This document shows, in pieces, positions 1 to 13,275 of a DNA stretch of 64,000 bases. Origin of the DNA: Rozella allomycis CSF55 (taxonomy: Eukaryota). A program made the translations under genes and the position numbers. The notes under the pieces are model-generated. The model worked only from the letters and a program-made list of their open reading frames with translations. It made no database searches and was not told where the DNA came from. The stretch's first letter is position 1. The number at the start of each line of letters is the position of its first letter. The DNA lies in contig KE560428.1 in the NCBI GenBank assembly GCA_000442015.1, forward strand, positions 1 through 64,000, given 5' to 3'.

Positions 1-2
1 CA

Positions 3-68
3 GATTCTAGAGTAGATCCAAGTGCCCAAGACAATTATGCCATTCAGTTGGCTTCTTTCAAGTTTTAA
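3..68 (+). CDS. 3' end of an ankyrin-repeat protein (truncated by window edge)
   Basis: Manual translation DSRVDPSAQDNYAIQLASFKF*, matching the 'RVDPSAxDNxAIxxAS' ankyrin-repeat variant. Confidence 0.55.
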   Translation, partial: DSRVDPSAQDNYAIQLASFKF

Positions 69-187
69 TCCATAGTTAATCTACATTAAAGATATTCTTT
101 TTTGTTGTTTATGACGTTTATCTATAAATTTTAGCACTAGCAACTTTTTGGCAATATGCTATTAAGTAGCGATTTTACTTTTTTTAT

Positions 188-1260
188 ATGACTTCAAAAT
201 TTAATACTTTATTACTTTACAAGTGACTGCACTAGATAGTAAAGTAGTTCGCTACCTGAAAATATCATTTATGGTATTGGCGATGAAAAAGCCACTTTGA
301 AATGTTAGCTACATTCAAATTTAAAAATGAAGTCGAGCTTGACAATTTTTTGCTAGATTTGTTCAATAAAGAGAAAAAAGAAGAGCTAAAAGTAATTTAT
401 CTGTGTTGCTTTGACAGAGGCATGTTGAAGAATTTGACAAACTGTTTCCCAACGGAAATAGGGCAAAAGTTTGGTATGGAATGATCAATGAGATTGAAGG
501 AGATTCCGAGAAGGCCATGTCTATTTACGATGACATACTAAAAGATGATGAGTTATACCAGGTAAATTGCAAAGGTTCCTTAAGACTAGCCCGCTATTAG
601 GAGAAAAGTCACTCTATTTAAAAACACTGGGAAGATTGACAAAGCTATCAAGGAACTAAACAAATATTTAGCGGTCTATATCAATGATGAAGAAGCTTGG
701 ATGGACTTGGCCAAATTGTACTTGTCCCTATCTGCGTACTAGGCAATTAAATATATCATAGTTTACCACAGGCTGCGTTTTGTCTAGAAGAGGTTTTGTT
801 ACTGAATCCAAAAAGTTATCAAAATTTGCAATTGTATGGCGAAGTAATCTTGCAACGATTATGCGAATAGGTTCAGTTCGCCATGTCTACTTTAGATTCT
901 GTTCAACTTGCTATCACATATTTCAAACTTGTTTTGCAATTGAAACCTGAATATCCTCCCGCATTGATCGGACTATCCTCTGTAAGATAATTTTGTAGTT
1001 GGCATAGTGTTTCTATTCAATCAAAAAGTTATGTCCTGCAATTTTAAGAAAGGATCAAAAATTAGAAAAATATTTAATTCAATGTAACATCGCAATTCCA
1101 AAAAATACAACAACCACAGAATTTGCAGGTTTCCCAGCAGAATTCAACAACAGTGAAGAATTTANACGCAATTCCAAAAAATACAACAATCACAGAATTT
1201 GCAGGTTTCCCAGCAGAATTCAACAACAGTGAAGAATTTATTCAATCATTGATTCAATAA
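188..1260 (+). CDS. EMC2: ER membrane protein complex subunit 2 (TPR protein), multi-exon; start approximate
   Basis: Spliced exons read FDKLFPNGNRAKVWYGMINEIEG...AMSIYDDILKDD...AIRRKVTLFK...AIKELNKYLAVYINDEEAWMDLAKLY...AAFCLEEVLLLNP, the EMC2/TTC35 pattern. Confidence 0.85.
1092..1240. repeat. ~74-bp direct duplication around an N at 1166 (probable assembly overlap)
   Basis: cgcaattccaaaaaatacaacaa[c/t]cacagaatttg...gaagaattta occurs twice with one mismatch, separated by an N. Confidence 0.85.
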
Positions 1261-1507
1261 AAGGTGTTGTATATTCATATCTTTGTTCCTCGTAAGCTTG
1301 GTACAACGCCATAGTTCTATCTCGGGTCGTGACATGATTATCCGGGGTAAATTTGGTTTTGCCCATTGGCGACTTGATGTGTTGATATTGTGGAAAATCC
1401 TCCATTTCATATACATAAGAGCTAGATTTTTTCTCGGAGTATACTTTCTTTTGACTTTGGAATGGTTTTGTCATGTTTATGTACTTTTGGTGGCGAAGTA
1501 TCATCAA
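1238..1507 (-). CDS. hypothetical protein
   Basis: 89-aa ORF in an otherwise unassigned interval; no recognisable motif. Confidence 0.25.
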   Translation of the reverse strand: MMILRHQKYINMTKPFQSQKKVYSEKKSSSYVYEMEDFPQYQHIKSPMGKTKFTPDNHVTTRDRTMALYQAYEEQRYEYTTPFIESMIE

Positions 1508-1726
1508 TCTAAAACCTAAATCAGGGAAGTTAATAATATTACATTCCTTATGCTGAAATTATACCGTTCTAATGAAGAATCCTACACCTATCTTGCAAAT
1601 TTTTTGCAAACAATTTTGCATTTCATTAGATAATAGATTACAAAAAATCTCAATCTGAGTTTCTGAAAAAGATTAAATAATTTTTTATTATTTCCTTTTT
1701 AACCACTCTTTCATTGGTGATGGAAA

Positions 1727-3545
1727 ATGTGTATCACCAATGAAGCAATTTGCCATCTCTGTAAGCTACACATAGAAACGGAAGATCATCTCTTTGATTG
1801 CTCACNATCATTACTGGCTCTTTACTTAATCTTATCATTGAAGCGAGAACCAAAACGAGCCTCGTCTACTTTTATTGACAATCCACAACAAAATGTAATT
1901 ATATATTATTTGGTTCAAAGTTTGTGCGAAAGAAAGAAGGGAAGAATGGTTGGATCAAAATATCCACTGAATTCAAGCAGGAAGATGAGCAGGATCTTAT
2001 CACGCTGCAGAAACTTAATAACAAGGAGTTTATACTACCAATTGCAACACAAAAATTCGGATTCAAATATGCAGTTCTGGAAGGCAATACATTGTTTTTC
2101 TACGACGATGATAAAAAGGTACAAAGTTGGAAGTCAATTCATGTAGAAAGAATGCATAGGTGTTGCTGTATTGGATAGTGTGAATGTGTCGTTTTACCCA
2201 GAAGACCTGACAGATCCAGAACTTTATTTGAAAGAATTTCCTTTACGGTTGGAATCCAATAGTGGTTCTGTATTTAACAACAATGCGGAATGCTATTTAT
2301 ATGCACCTTCTTGTTATGAAAAAGAAGAATGGTATTTGGCCTTAAAAAGTGTTTGTTTCAATGCGAATAAAATTGTAAGTGTTAACATGGAAGGAGATTT
2401 AAGGGGCAGGAAACAATTGGGGATATCAATCGATTCATGGACACATTAATAAGAAAAGTGGAATCACCATTTTATGATGATAGATCTAAATGGTTTAATG
2501 CAATTTTAGGGAGAATATTTCTAAATATTTGGAAAGCCAGAGTTTTGGAAGAAAAGATAATACAATCGTTCAACAGAAAGACAAAGAGATTGAAGAAACC
2601 ATCTTTCCTTGTAAGATTTGGAATCGTTTAGTACAAAAGGGCCCGATAACCATTAAGGATGTAGATATGGGAAACTCGTTGCCTCAATTAGAAAATCCAT
2701 CGCTCCTTTTAATGGAGCTGGATGGAACTTTGGTATTTAACCTATTTGTTATTTAGATGTAGATGATATCTGGTGAAATAAGATTTAACGGATGTGTAAA
2801 AGTGATAATTGAGACCGAAGCAACGATTGATACGCGAATGAAGTCATTTAACGTTAATTTGAGGCTGAAGGTCATTTTAAGAAAATTCACAGCCAAGGTA
2901 GTAAAGTTCAAATTCGTTTGCTAGGCTCTATTTAAAGTGAAACCACCACCCTCTGATAGACTTTGGATTGGATTTTATGAACCACCAGTGATGGAGATTG
3001 ACATTGAGCCGATGATATCACAAACCGCTATCACATGGTCAGTTATTACGCAGTTAATTGAGAGAAGAATTCATGATACCATGCAAGAGAACTTTTTGTT
3101 GCCCAACATGGATGATATTTCATTGCCAGAATTCACAAAGGAAAAAGTTAATGGCGAGTGTAATTTCGAGAATGGGTTTGTGAACGATTCAAGCACATCT
3201 TCATTAAGAGTTGAGACTTTTGATGAATATGATCAATCTTCTCTAAATGAAAAACCAATTTTAAAAATTCTAACGTCTACAATTGATGACTCTATAGAAA
3301 TAACTGAGCCTGATGGAAATGAAACTCTGGTGATTAAAAGGGATCCGCCAATGAAAACAAGAAGCGTCATTTCTGGAATGAGACGAAGCTTTTCAGACAA
3401 GAAATTATCTTTTGATGGTGTAGATACTCAAAAATCCATGTTCTTTGCAAAAAGTGTTTCATCAATCAGATCCAGTTTTTCGAATTTCATTAAAGGAAGT
3501 GGCGAAGAGGCAAAAGATTCATTTGATGATCAGAAATTGGATTAA
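1727..3545 (+). CDS. NVJ2: TM-PH-SMP lipid transfer protein (Nvj2/TEX2 family), multi-exon; start uncertain (N at 1806)
   Basis: TM segment, PH-like exons (KYAVLEGNTLFFY; YLYAPSCYEKEEWYLAL), SMP domain WFNAILGRIF...KPPPSDRLWIGFYEPP...LPNMDDI. Confidence 0.85.
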
Positions 3546-3580
3546 TAAAAGTAAAGATTAAGTGTTAAAGTTATTTATTT

Positions 3581-6452
3581 CTATGGTTCACAGAGAACCG
3601 ACCAATCCTTGAGTTTTTGAATGTCCTTTTCAACGAATGGTTTCTTTAAATAATTTTGAACTTCTGGCTTTTCATCGAATGGATAAGAATGATTCACCAG
3701 ACTTGAAATTTCCAAAACTCTTTGGCCCATCATTCGTAGCTTTTCAAAATTAATCATCCCGTGAATTTTTGACGGATTACCATCATTAATAAATGTCAAG
3801 TCCTTTAAATAAATAGCTATTCGATAGATATTAAGATTCTTACGTAGAAAAGGTAAGATTGGTGGCTTGGCAGCGGTTATGGCATCTCTCAACGCTTTCA
3901 TATTTCTTGACGGATTGCTTAATTTCTCTAGTTCATCATATTGATTTTTCGCTTTAGAATTTAAACCCTATAATACAAATATAATGAATGTACATCCCAA
4001 GTCTTTTTTAGTCTTTGAACGCAAGACATGTTTAAGCCACCAAGAATAGCCAAAGTAGAGAAGAAATTATTCAATTCTTTGCATTCCTTTTCAATAATTC
4101 AGTAAAATATTACATAAGCGAGATTAATGAATCGTTTTAATGTTTTCTGTCTCTTTTTTAAATCTCGTTCAGCGCAAACTTCAGTCGCTACCCAAAAGCT
4201 TTCAATATCAAATCTTGAAATGAAAAATGATAAATTTGGATGTGGATCGTTCAAGTAGCTAATGATTTCATCTTCATCTACATTCTGCTTTGGCGGCAAC
4301 CAAATTTTATTTAGAAATTCAATTGGATGGACATTTTTGAATAATTTGAAATTGAATAGGGCTAATTGCTTTGAAAGAACTTCTGAACTAACTTGAAGGA
4401 AAATGGATTGAATGGTTTTTGATTTTCTATCACTAAATGTGGATTTAAAAATTGATTCATAAATTTCATCTTGGTGTTTTTTCAATTTAAATTAGAATGA
4501 TGAAATTACTTGCTTTTCTATTAGCTTTAACAAATTGTCGCAAAGTGTTTCAAACTCTGAAATTTCGGATTTAGCGTCTTTAACGAATTGGATGACATCC
4601 TCGCGCAAATCTGAGCTAGACGCAAAATCATGCCAATGAAATTCAATCCAAAAATGAACAACTTCTAAAACTCTAAAAAATATTAATCAATAAAACGAAC
4701 CTTCTCTGAGTTGGATTTTTATGAATGACAAAATAGGAAATATCTTCGCTTGTAGGATTTTGAGGCGGAAGGGCGTAAAATCGATCAATTAAATCCAAAA
4801 GAATTTGCTCAGGTTTAATAAAGTTGCGAAACGTTAATAAAATCATATTTGAAAAAGAATTGTCAATTTCTTCATCGTTGGCTAATTTTTCAATAATCTT
4901 TTCTTCTGTTAGAGCAACAATTTCCATTCTATGTTAAATTGAATCAAAAATTACTTTCCTTTGTTTAATTGATAAACCATAACATCTTGACCATCTTCGT
5001 TTATGCAAATCATGCTATAAGATTTCGGAGCTGAAATCACGATGACTTCTTTAATGTCCAAAGTGTCTTTGTAATATTTAACAGTTCTGTCCAATTCAAC
5101 TTCAATCACGTTTTGATCAAATTGATTCAAATTTGTATTTTCAATTTTATGAAACGATTCAACTTTATTATTCAACTCATCTTTATTAGGAGAAATAACG
5201 TTTGAAAGAATTCTGCTGTTTTTAGGTACAGCAAGGGTATAAGATTCAAACTTAAATCTTCTTCTAATAGAAAGATATCTCAACAAATCTTCCATCATCA
5301 CATATTCTGGTACTCTAACCATCGTAGTCGTCAGTAATTGTGGCAAACTAACCTTTAAAAATATTCTTGGTATTGATTCATCTTTACTTTCAAACAAGAA
5401 GTACGCTGGACTAGCAAGAAATTGTTGCTCATCAGTTGTTAAACTAGAAATCAAACTGGAATCCATAATTATAGATGAAATCCTCTTGTCTTCTAAACTT
5501 TTAGTATCGTCTATTGGCGATATCGACATGCGTATTTTTCCATCTTGCTTTCTCAATGTAGCCAGCCTAACATTCGTATTCAATCTTCTTCTAGATATCG
5601 TCTCTGGTAAACTCACCAAATTTTCTCTCAGCATGCCTTCAGATCCAAACTCTTTATTTATTGGACTAGGTATTCTTATTTGTTCATCAAAATTTTCATT
5701 CTTTTCTTCAATAATTTTGATTTCAGAATTCCTAGAATTGAGTCGCTGTACACTTTCAGACCCAATTGTATTGAATGATCTACTATGCGCTGCCGACTTT
5801 GAAAGCAAGTCAACTGATCCACTCTTCACCATTGTATTATAGCTACTAATCAATCCAAGATCAGGCTGCGAAGCAACTGGTTTCAATCCACTAGAATATT
5901 CTCCTATAGTGTCCCTAGTAGAATCACTGCTCTCTGCTTCCTTCAGTGTTGGAATAATAGCGGCATATTCTTGAGCCATTCTTATATGCGTCGTTTTCGA
6001 TGTCGGTGACTCGAAAATAGATGACCTCCTTCTATTAACTGGCTGTTCTGCATATTTCATACATTCTTGTTGTGTCGAAATTCGTCTTATTCGTGGCTTA
6101 ACATGGATCTCACAGCTTGGATATTCCAGCAACATTTTGTTCGACTCCATTAATATAGATTTCGCGTCAATCATTGTATACATTCTATAATAATGCAATA
6201 CATCTATTTTCTCTTGCTTTTCGATTTCCATTGCCACTTGTTCCACTGTACAAGTTATCGCGAAAAACATTATCGTGGGTGGCCCATTTGGCAAATGTAT
6301 GGTATATGCCTTTTCATCAACACTATTAATTCTTGATAAATTCAGTACCTTGTTACACGGAGTTTTTCAAACGATCGAGATATTGCAGCCTTTAGTGACA
6401 TGGCCTTGGCAACGCTTGAAAGTTGAAACTTACACATATCGAGATCTTTCAT
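3581..6452 (-). CDS. Ras guanine nucleotide exchange factor (REM + CDC25 domain) with N-terminal ubiquitin/RBD-like regions, multi-exon
   Basis: LLTFRNFIKP (REM), SFWVATEV, NNFFSTLAILGGLN, PPILPF..IYLKDLTFINDGNP...INFEKLR (CDC25 GEF). Confidence 0.9.
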
Positions 6453-6520
6453 TTTTCTTGGTTCATTAATAAATTGTTCTTGTATTAGTAGTTGTCCCTT
6501 TAATTGTGGCTTGAAGAGTT

Positions 6521-7940
6521 ATGACTATTCAGAATGTAAATCAGATTAAAGAAAAGGTACTTTCAAGGCTGACAGAAAAACAACCTCCTCCTGTACTTGT
6601 TCAGCTTGATCAACAGCAAAAGTAGGTTTATTTGTGTATTGATATAGTGAAATATACTCGCTTTTAAAGAGAACAGTTCAGTATCGAGAAAATAATTCAG
6701 TTTTATTACTTGGGCAGAGAGCCTGTGGTAAATCTGTGGTATCTTTAGATCTAAATGTTGATTAGACGTTAGCTAAATGTATGAATAGTATAAGAGAAGA
6801 ATTTGGAGATGATTGCTTTATTCACATACACTTGAATGGTATCTTCCTAACCGATGAAAAAATGGCGATTAAATATATTTTGAAACAACTAAAAATTGCA
6901 GATCTGGATTCTGTCAAAGTAAATTTCGAAAACAACACTTGACAAATAGTTGAGTGCCAACGAAGCGAATGCATTATTTGTCCAAATGTTGCGTCAAGGA
7001 TCTAAATCATCAACACCGCTTGTTTTCGTCTTGGAAGAGTTTGATAAATTTACTGGCGGGAAACAAAATTTACTATACAATTTGTTTGACTCTGTGCAAT
7101 CAGTAGAAACTCCAATGTTAGTGATTGGATCTTCATGTAGAATCGTAAAAGAGCGTTTTAAATATTTACAAGGATGTACTTGATTTACTGGAAAAGAGAG
7201 TTAAATCGAGATTCTCGCATCGAATTATTCACTTTTACCCGATAAAGGAATCGGCAGATTTTTATTACTTGTGCAAGTCAATTTTGCAAGTTGAAGAAGA
7301 TGGATGTGAAGAGTATAACAAATCTGTTGAAATGGTTTTCAATGATCCGCTGTTCCTGAAAGTGATTAGAAGCGTATTTGATTTAACGAAAAATATTCGC
7401 TTGTTTTATAAAATTGCTGTAATTATTCTTAGATTTCTTTTAATAGATAATTGCGATCACTTCTCTGAATGAACAGCAACCAACTCTGACATCCGTTCCA
7501 TTCTTTCAAGCGTACACTGATCAATTCAAAGACACAAAAAGCGGTCTTTTAGAAAGTAAAGAACTTATTTAGCTTTAAAAAGGTCTTTCAGTTTTAGAAA
7601 TAGGTTTGGTCATTGCGATAAAGAAGCTAGAAGAGTTGGAATGTGAGCACTTGAATTTCGAATCCGCGTATGACGAATACAAAAGATTTTCAATAAAATC
7701 AATGATAGATTGTTATAATAAAGCAGTTTCGTTCAAGGTAAAGGGATCATATGAATTGTAAAGGCTTTTGAAAATTTGATTCAAACAGAGCTCATTGAAT
7801 ACACTGACAATTCCAAATGCCCTAAAGAGTACAAGCAAATTAAACTGAATTTGGATTCGACTCAATTGCAGCAAGTTTTATTCAAGTTGACTACATTGCC
7901 AACCGCTCTGAAAAGATGGGGATTGTCAAAAGCTGTATAA
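6521..7940 (+). CDS. ORC4: origin recognition complex subunit 4, multi-exon
   Basis: ENNSVLLLGQRACGKS (Walker A), HLNG, FVLEEFD, QNLLYNLFD, LLEKRVKSRFSHR. Confidence 0.93.
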
Positions 7941-8034
7941 TAAACTGTAATTTAAATCATGAATTATTATTTGTCCAAAATTCCAAATTTGATGGTTTGC
8001 CTTAAAGTAGAATTGTTGGTGTCAAGCCACAACG

Positions 8035-11000
8035 ATGGGTGTTTTAGATTTTTTAAAGAGTCAGGGAATACCTGATAATATTTTAAAGGTGCTTTCAGGT
8101 ATTTCTATAATTTGTAATTTAAAAGATCATGATATAGACGACACTGTTATTGAATACGTGAATGATGAAATTTTGAAAGATGAGCTTGGTATAATGTCTT
8201 TTGGGATGAGAACAAAAATAAAGATTGCAATCGAGAAATACAAAGCGATGAATTCTGATTTGTTTGGGAAAAAGGAAGATATGATGACGAAAATTCAAAT
8301 CCCGCAAATGAATCAAGTGGAGAATCGTGAGAATGTGAGTGTGAAAGATAATGGAAAGAAAGATGATGGAAATAAAAATGATGAAAAAATAATTGTTAAT
8401 CATAAGAGTGACAATTTAAATAATGATTTTAAAACATTTCAGTCACGAACATATGGTGATGTTCCTAAACAGATTCCAAGACATGACAAGAGTAATGAAA
8501 AGGCTATCGAGGAACATTACCAAAGACCAGTGGATAAAAAATATTCGAGTAGAAATAAAAGCAGTGACAATGATTCCATTACATTAAGGAGCCAAAAAGT
8601 GGTTAAAAGGTTTAAAGAAAGAGAATTCGATAAACCAAAAGATTTACATTTTAAGGATGACAGTTTTTCTAGAAAGAAGAATGAAACTCGTGAAAGATCT
8701 AAAACCAATATGAGAGAGGATTTTAAAGTACCAAGCAGGGCAGTCAGTGAGAAAAGAACGCCATCAAAGATTAATGATCCATTCTCACAAAAGAGTAGCT
8801 CTAGGACTGTCAGTGAGAATAAAACTCCATCAAAGATAAATGACCCATTTTCTCAAAAGATAAATGATCCATTCTCGCCAACATTAAAATCAACTCCAAT
8901 AAAAAACCCTTGCGGACAGGAAAAGTATTTTGATCCTCTTGAAGAGATTTTGAACAGATACTTCCCATTCTACCAACCCAACAGCAATTATGCATTTTAT
9001 ACCAGAATTCTTACAGAACTATCGATGGTTTTCCATGAATGCAGCGTTGAAGAGAAATTGAAAGATATTTTCAAAGAGCTGTTTGCTGAAATCAATAAAT
9101 TTCTGGATTTGGAATTTCCGGGGTATAGACATCGAATATCTTTGTTGAATGTATTGAAAGATAAAGATGAATTTTTGTTTGATGTGTTTGATGATTATTT
9201 GATATGGAAAAAGAAGGATTTTACACAAAGAAAGGATATTGAATTAGAACCGGAACTGGAACAAAATGTTCAGCCGTTCTGTGTGCCTGCAACTGCAGAG
9301 TCATCAGAGACACTTTTATTGAAAACGAGAAATAGTGAAATTTATCTTGCGAATTTCTTATCGTCAGTGTTAAAGCCATATCAGATTGGCGGGTTGAAGT
9401 TTATGTTGAAGTGTATTTTGAGTGGCCATGGATGTATTTTGGCGCATGCTATGGGATTAGGAAAAACGCTGCAAGTTATTTCAATGTTGCATACACTTGT
9501 AAAGTCAAGTCAAACTATTTCAGAATTGAAGCAATTTAAAGTAAATTTTGTTTGATTGTTATTATAAAAGAAGGCAAAAATATTAATTTTGTGTCCAGCA
9601 ACGCTTTCAAAGAATTGGATTGATGAGTTTTATAAATGGATTATGATAGATGAAATTACCAGGGTGTTTGGTAAAATTTATGATTTTTCAGGTAAATTGT
9701 TTAATTCCAATTGAAGAAAGAATGTTTAACGAAAGATGCTAAATTTAATGCGGTTAATAGTTGGAGTAGAGATGGGGGCGTTATGATTGTTAGTTATTCA
9801 AAGTTGAGAGATTCAACTAGATCAGAAGATCGACATTTCTTTCATTATTTCTTGAACCCTGGTCCTGACATTATAATTGCAGATGAAGGACATTTAATTA
9901 AAAATAAAAATGTAAGAATTTTAATGTTTAAAGGAAAGTCAATTCTTACTTCTCAATTGCAACATGCAAAGACAAAGATTAGAATTTGTTTAACTGGATA
10001 CCCCTTGCAAAATAATTTAATGGAATATTGGTGCATGGTAGCTATTTTAGTTTTAAATTAAAAAAGGTGAATTTTACAAAACCAGGGTGGTTGAAAGATC
10101 ATTATTGTTTTAAACATGAATTCATTAAACCAATTGAAGAAGGAGTTTTCATTGAAAGTTCAATCAATCAACAAAAAGTTTCTCAAGCTAAATTGTTTCT
10201 GTTGGATCGTTTGATCTCTTCATTCGTCACAAGAGAAGATTCTTCTCATTTAACAAAAATTGTTCCAAAAAAGACAGAATTTTTAATCTTTTGTCCAATT
10301 TCACACGAACAAAAAGTTTTATACAATTCTACACTCAAATTGTTGGTTAAATTTAACGTTTCATTCTTTGAAAGAATTTACATTCTTCAATCAATTATAA
10401 ATCATCCTGCAATCCTCAAAGAACTTTTTCTAAATGATGAATCTCCTTCTTCTCTGTAATAATCATTCTTTAAACGTTATAGAAATTCTTCTCTCAAAAA
10501 GAAAATCTTCAACGAACTAAAACCACAATTGGAACAAATAAATAATTCATTTTCTTCCATCAAACTCACATTTCTATCAAAGCTACTCAAAACATTCAAA
10601 GACATTGGCGATAAAGTAATCGTCTTCTCTAGAAGCATTCATTCACTCAGTAACATTCTATTTCACTCTAAAATAGACAAGATTGAAGAAATTATGAAAG
10701 AGATGGAAGGCTACGTGTATTACAGAATCGATGGCTCTACAGACGTTCACATCAGACAAGATATGATACACACATTCAATTCATCAAAAAGTGCCGACGC
10801 TTTCTTGTTTTCCTCTCTAACTGGCTCTCTTGGAATAAACACTTATTCTGCCAATAGAGTCATCCTCTTTGATATTGGATGGAACCCTTCTCACGATGAA
10901 CAAGCCATTGCAAGGGTAATACATACGAAATTTCCAAAATAGGCTTATCGTTTGGGTCAGACTAAACCAGTTTTTGTATACAGATTAGTTGGCGCAGAAA

Positions 11001-11497
11001 GCATAGAAGAACGATTATTGGAAATAAATGCTTATAAATCATCAATCGCTCTAAGGGTAATGGATGGTGTAAATGCTATCAATACTGTCAGCAAAAGACT
11101 CATGAAATCGTATTTCAGGCATTTTGATCTTTCTAAACACGAAATATCGAATGGAAAGTGGGAATACCCTTCCATTATGAGACATTGTGACAAGGATTTC
11201 TATGAAGCGTTTATAAAGTACACGTGTTCTTCTATTTTAATTAGTTTTGGAAACGATAAAATTAAAATTTTGGAATATGATCCCAAAGTAAATGTGACAA
11301 ATTCAGTGAGTTTAACGGACGAGGAAAAAAGTCAGCTTGAAAAGGACGCGCAGAAAGAAATCGCTATAAGAAGACGAGCAATTGAAATTTACGAAAGAGA
11401 AATATCCAGTGAAAAGTCATCAGACCTTATTGATATTGTAGATGCTGATGAAGAAATCTCGGAAGAAGATGATCATTTACCTTTGCTAGACCTTTAA
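8035..11497 (+). CDS. ATRX/RAD54L2-type SNF2 chromatin ATPase with N-terminal SAM domain, multi-exon
   Basis: GCILAHAMGLGKTLQVI, PGPDIIIADEGH, LTGYPLQNNLMEYWCMV, RIDGST, GSLGIN..ANRVILFD.WNPSHDEQAI.R.YRLGQ; SAM-like N-terminus. Confidence 0.88.
8743..8877 (+). repeat. intragenic coding repeat (VSEx[R/K]TPSKINDPFSQK x2 plus a partial third copy)
   Basis: Visible in both the translation and the DNA of the SNF2 linker. Confidence 0.8.
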
Positions 11498-11631
11498 TAA
11501 AAACTATTTCTAATTAATATTTCTAATGAATTGAAATAAATTAATTCTTGATGTTTTGAATTCCTTTTAATAATTATTGCTTTCGTTTCAATAAATATTG
11601 CTGTTACCCTGGAGCCACTTGAAATTTCGTC

Positions 11632-13174
11632 ATGGCTGAAGTTTACAAAACAAGCAGCGGCCGAAAATACCATGCAGGCACAATCGCAATCGTAACAGTT
11701 GGACTCCCCGCCCGAGGCAAAACGTATATGGCGCACAAGCTAACACGCTATCTCCGATGGCTCGGCATCAAAACAAAATTGTTCAATGTTGGAACGTATC
11801 GAAGGCAGTGGATCGGGGCCCGAGTGCCGAACGGTTATTTCGATCCAAGTAGAAATATTAATAGAATTTTATAGGTAATAAGAAAAATGCGGAAGACCGC
11901 GTGAGAATTGCGAATGTTGCATTGTCGGATATGATAAAGTGGTTGATGGAGGGCGGTCAGATTGGAGTTTATGATGCTGCTAATACGACAAAGGAGAGGA
12001 GGATGGATCTTTTGAAGATATTGTCGGAAAGAGGGATCAAGGTAACGTTTATTGGGTTGTGTTATTGACTATCTTTGTTGAAGCGATTTGTGATAAGCCT
12101 GAAATTATTGAAGCGAATATAAAGGATATAAAGATTTCATCGCCAGATTATACGGGGGTGCCGGCTGAAGAAGCTGTGGCAGACTTTTTGGTAATCAATT
12201 GAATGATGAATTAAAAGAAACGAATTCAATTGTACGAATCAAGCTATGATACAGTGCAAGATGGGAATTTAAGTTTTATAAAAATATTTAACGTTGGAGA
12301 GCATATTATCATTAACAGGATAAAGGGCTACTTGCAATCTAAAATGGCCACGTTTCTTGCCAACCTGCATACCTCTCCAAGAACGATTTATCTTGTCAGA
12401 GTAATTCAAATCTTCATTTTTAACAATACAGCATGGAGAAAGTTACCCAAATCAGTACAAACAAGATCCTGGCCTTTCAGAGACTGGAACAACGTTTACT
12501 CAACAATTAAAATTATTCTTTCTTGATCATCGAAAGAAAAGCGATCGTCCTTTGGCTGTAATAAACTATTTCTTTTTAAAAAGATTTGGACTAGTGCAAA
12601 GAAGAGATCGTTGGAAATGGCTGCAATTTTACAACAGTCGTATCCCGTTTGTCATAAACCACAGCTAGCTGAATTAAACATGGGGATTTGCACTGGCTTA
12701 TCAGAATACGATATTCAAGTATGTTCAGTTATTAAGCGAGTCTTTTAGACAAAATACCCAAATGAATATGTTCGCCATTTAAAAGATCCTTATCATTACA
12801 GATATCCAAGAGGAGAAGTAAATTTAATTCATCAAACAACAAAGTCGTATCTTGATTTAGCAATGAGATTGGAATTTGTTATTTTAGAACTTGAAAAGGC
12901 GAAATGTGACGTTGTCATTTGCGCTCATGATACAGTTTTAAAATGTCTCTATGCATATTTCTTGGATAGACCTGATAATGTAATGTTTAATTCTGTTGCT
13001 TGAAAGGAAATACCCTTCCTCACCTTTCCTCGTCATCTTGTGTTCGAAATCACTCCAAGAGCTTATGGATACACTGAATCACGTTATTTCGTTCATCCAG
13101 TGGCTTTAGAAAGCGAGCCAGGATATACTCCAATTTATGAAAATGAGTTTAAAGTGTACACAGACAGGGAGTAG
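11632..13174 (+). CDS. 6-phosphofructo-2-kinase/fructose-2,6-bisphosphatase family (YLR345W-like), multi-exon
   Basis: SGRKYHAG..VGLPARGKT..LTRYLRWLG; YDAANTT; SSPDY; spliced RHGES; RYPRGESY.DL. Confidence 0.9.
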
Positions 13175-13275
13175 CAATAAATTCTTTTTAAAATATTTCT
13201 ATTTAGTTGTCTTGGTTCTTAAATAAATATTTTAAGCTTCTGACTCCTAGATTCCCATTCTTCCACCCTGGTGAA

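Noticed and set aside
1092-1240. Biological tandem repeat or CRISPR-like unit
   Set aside because: Only two copies straddling an N; consistent with a contig-overlap artefact
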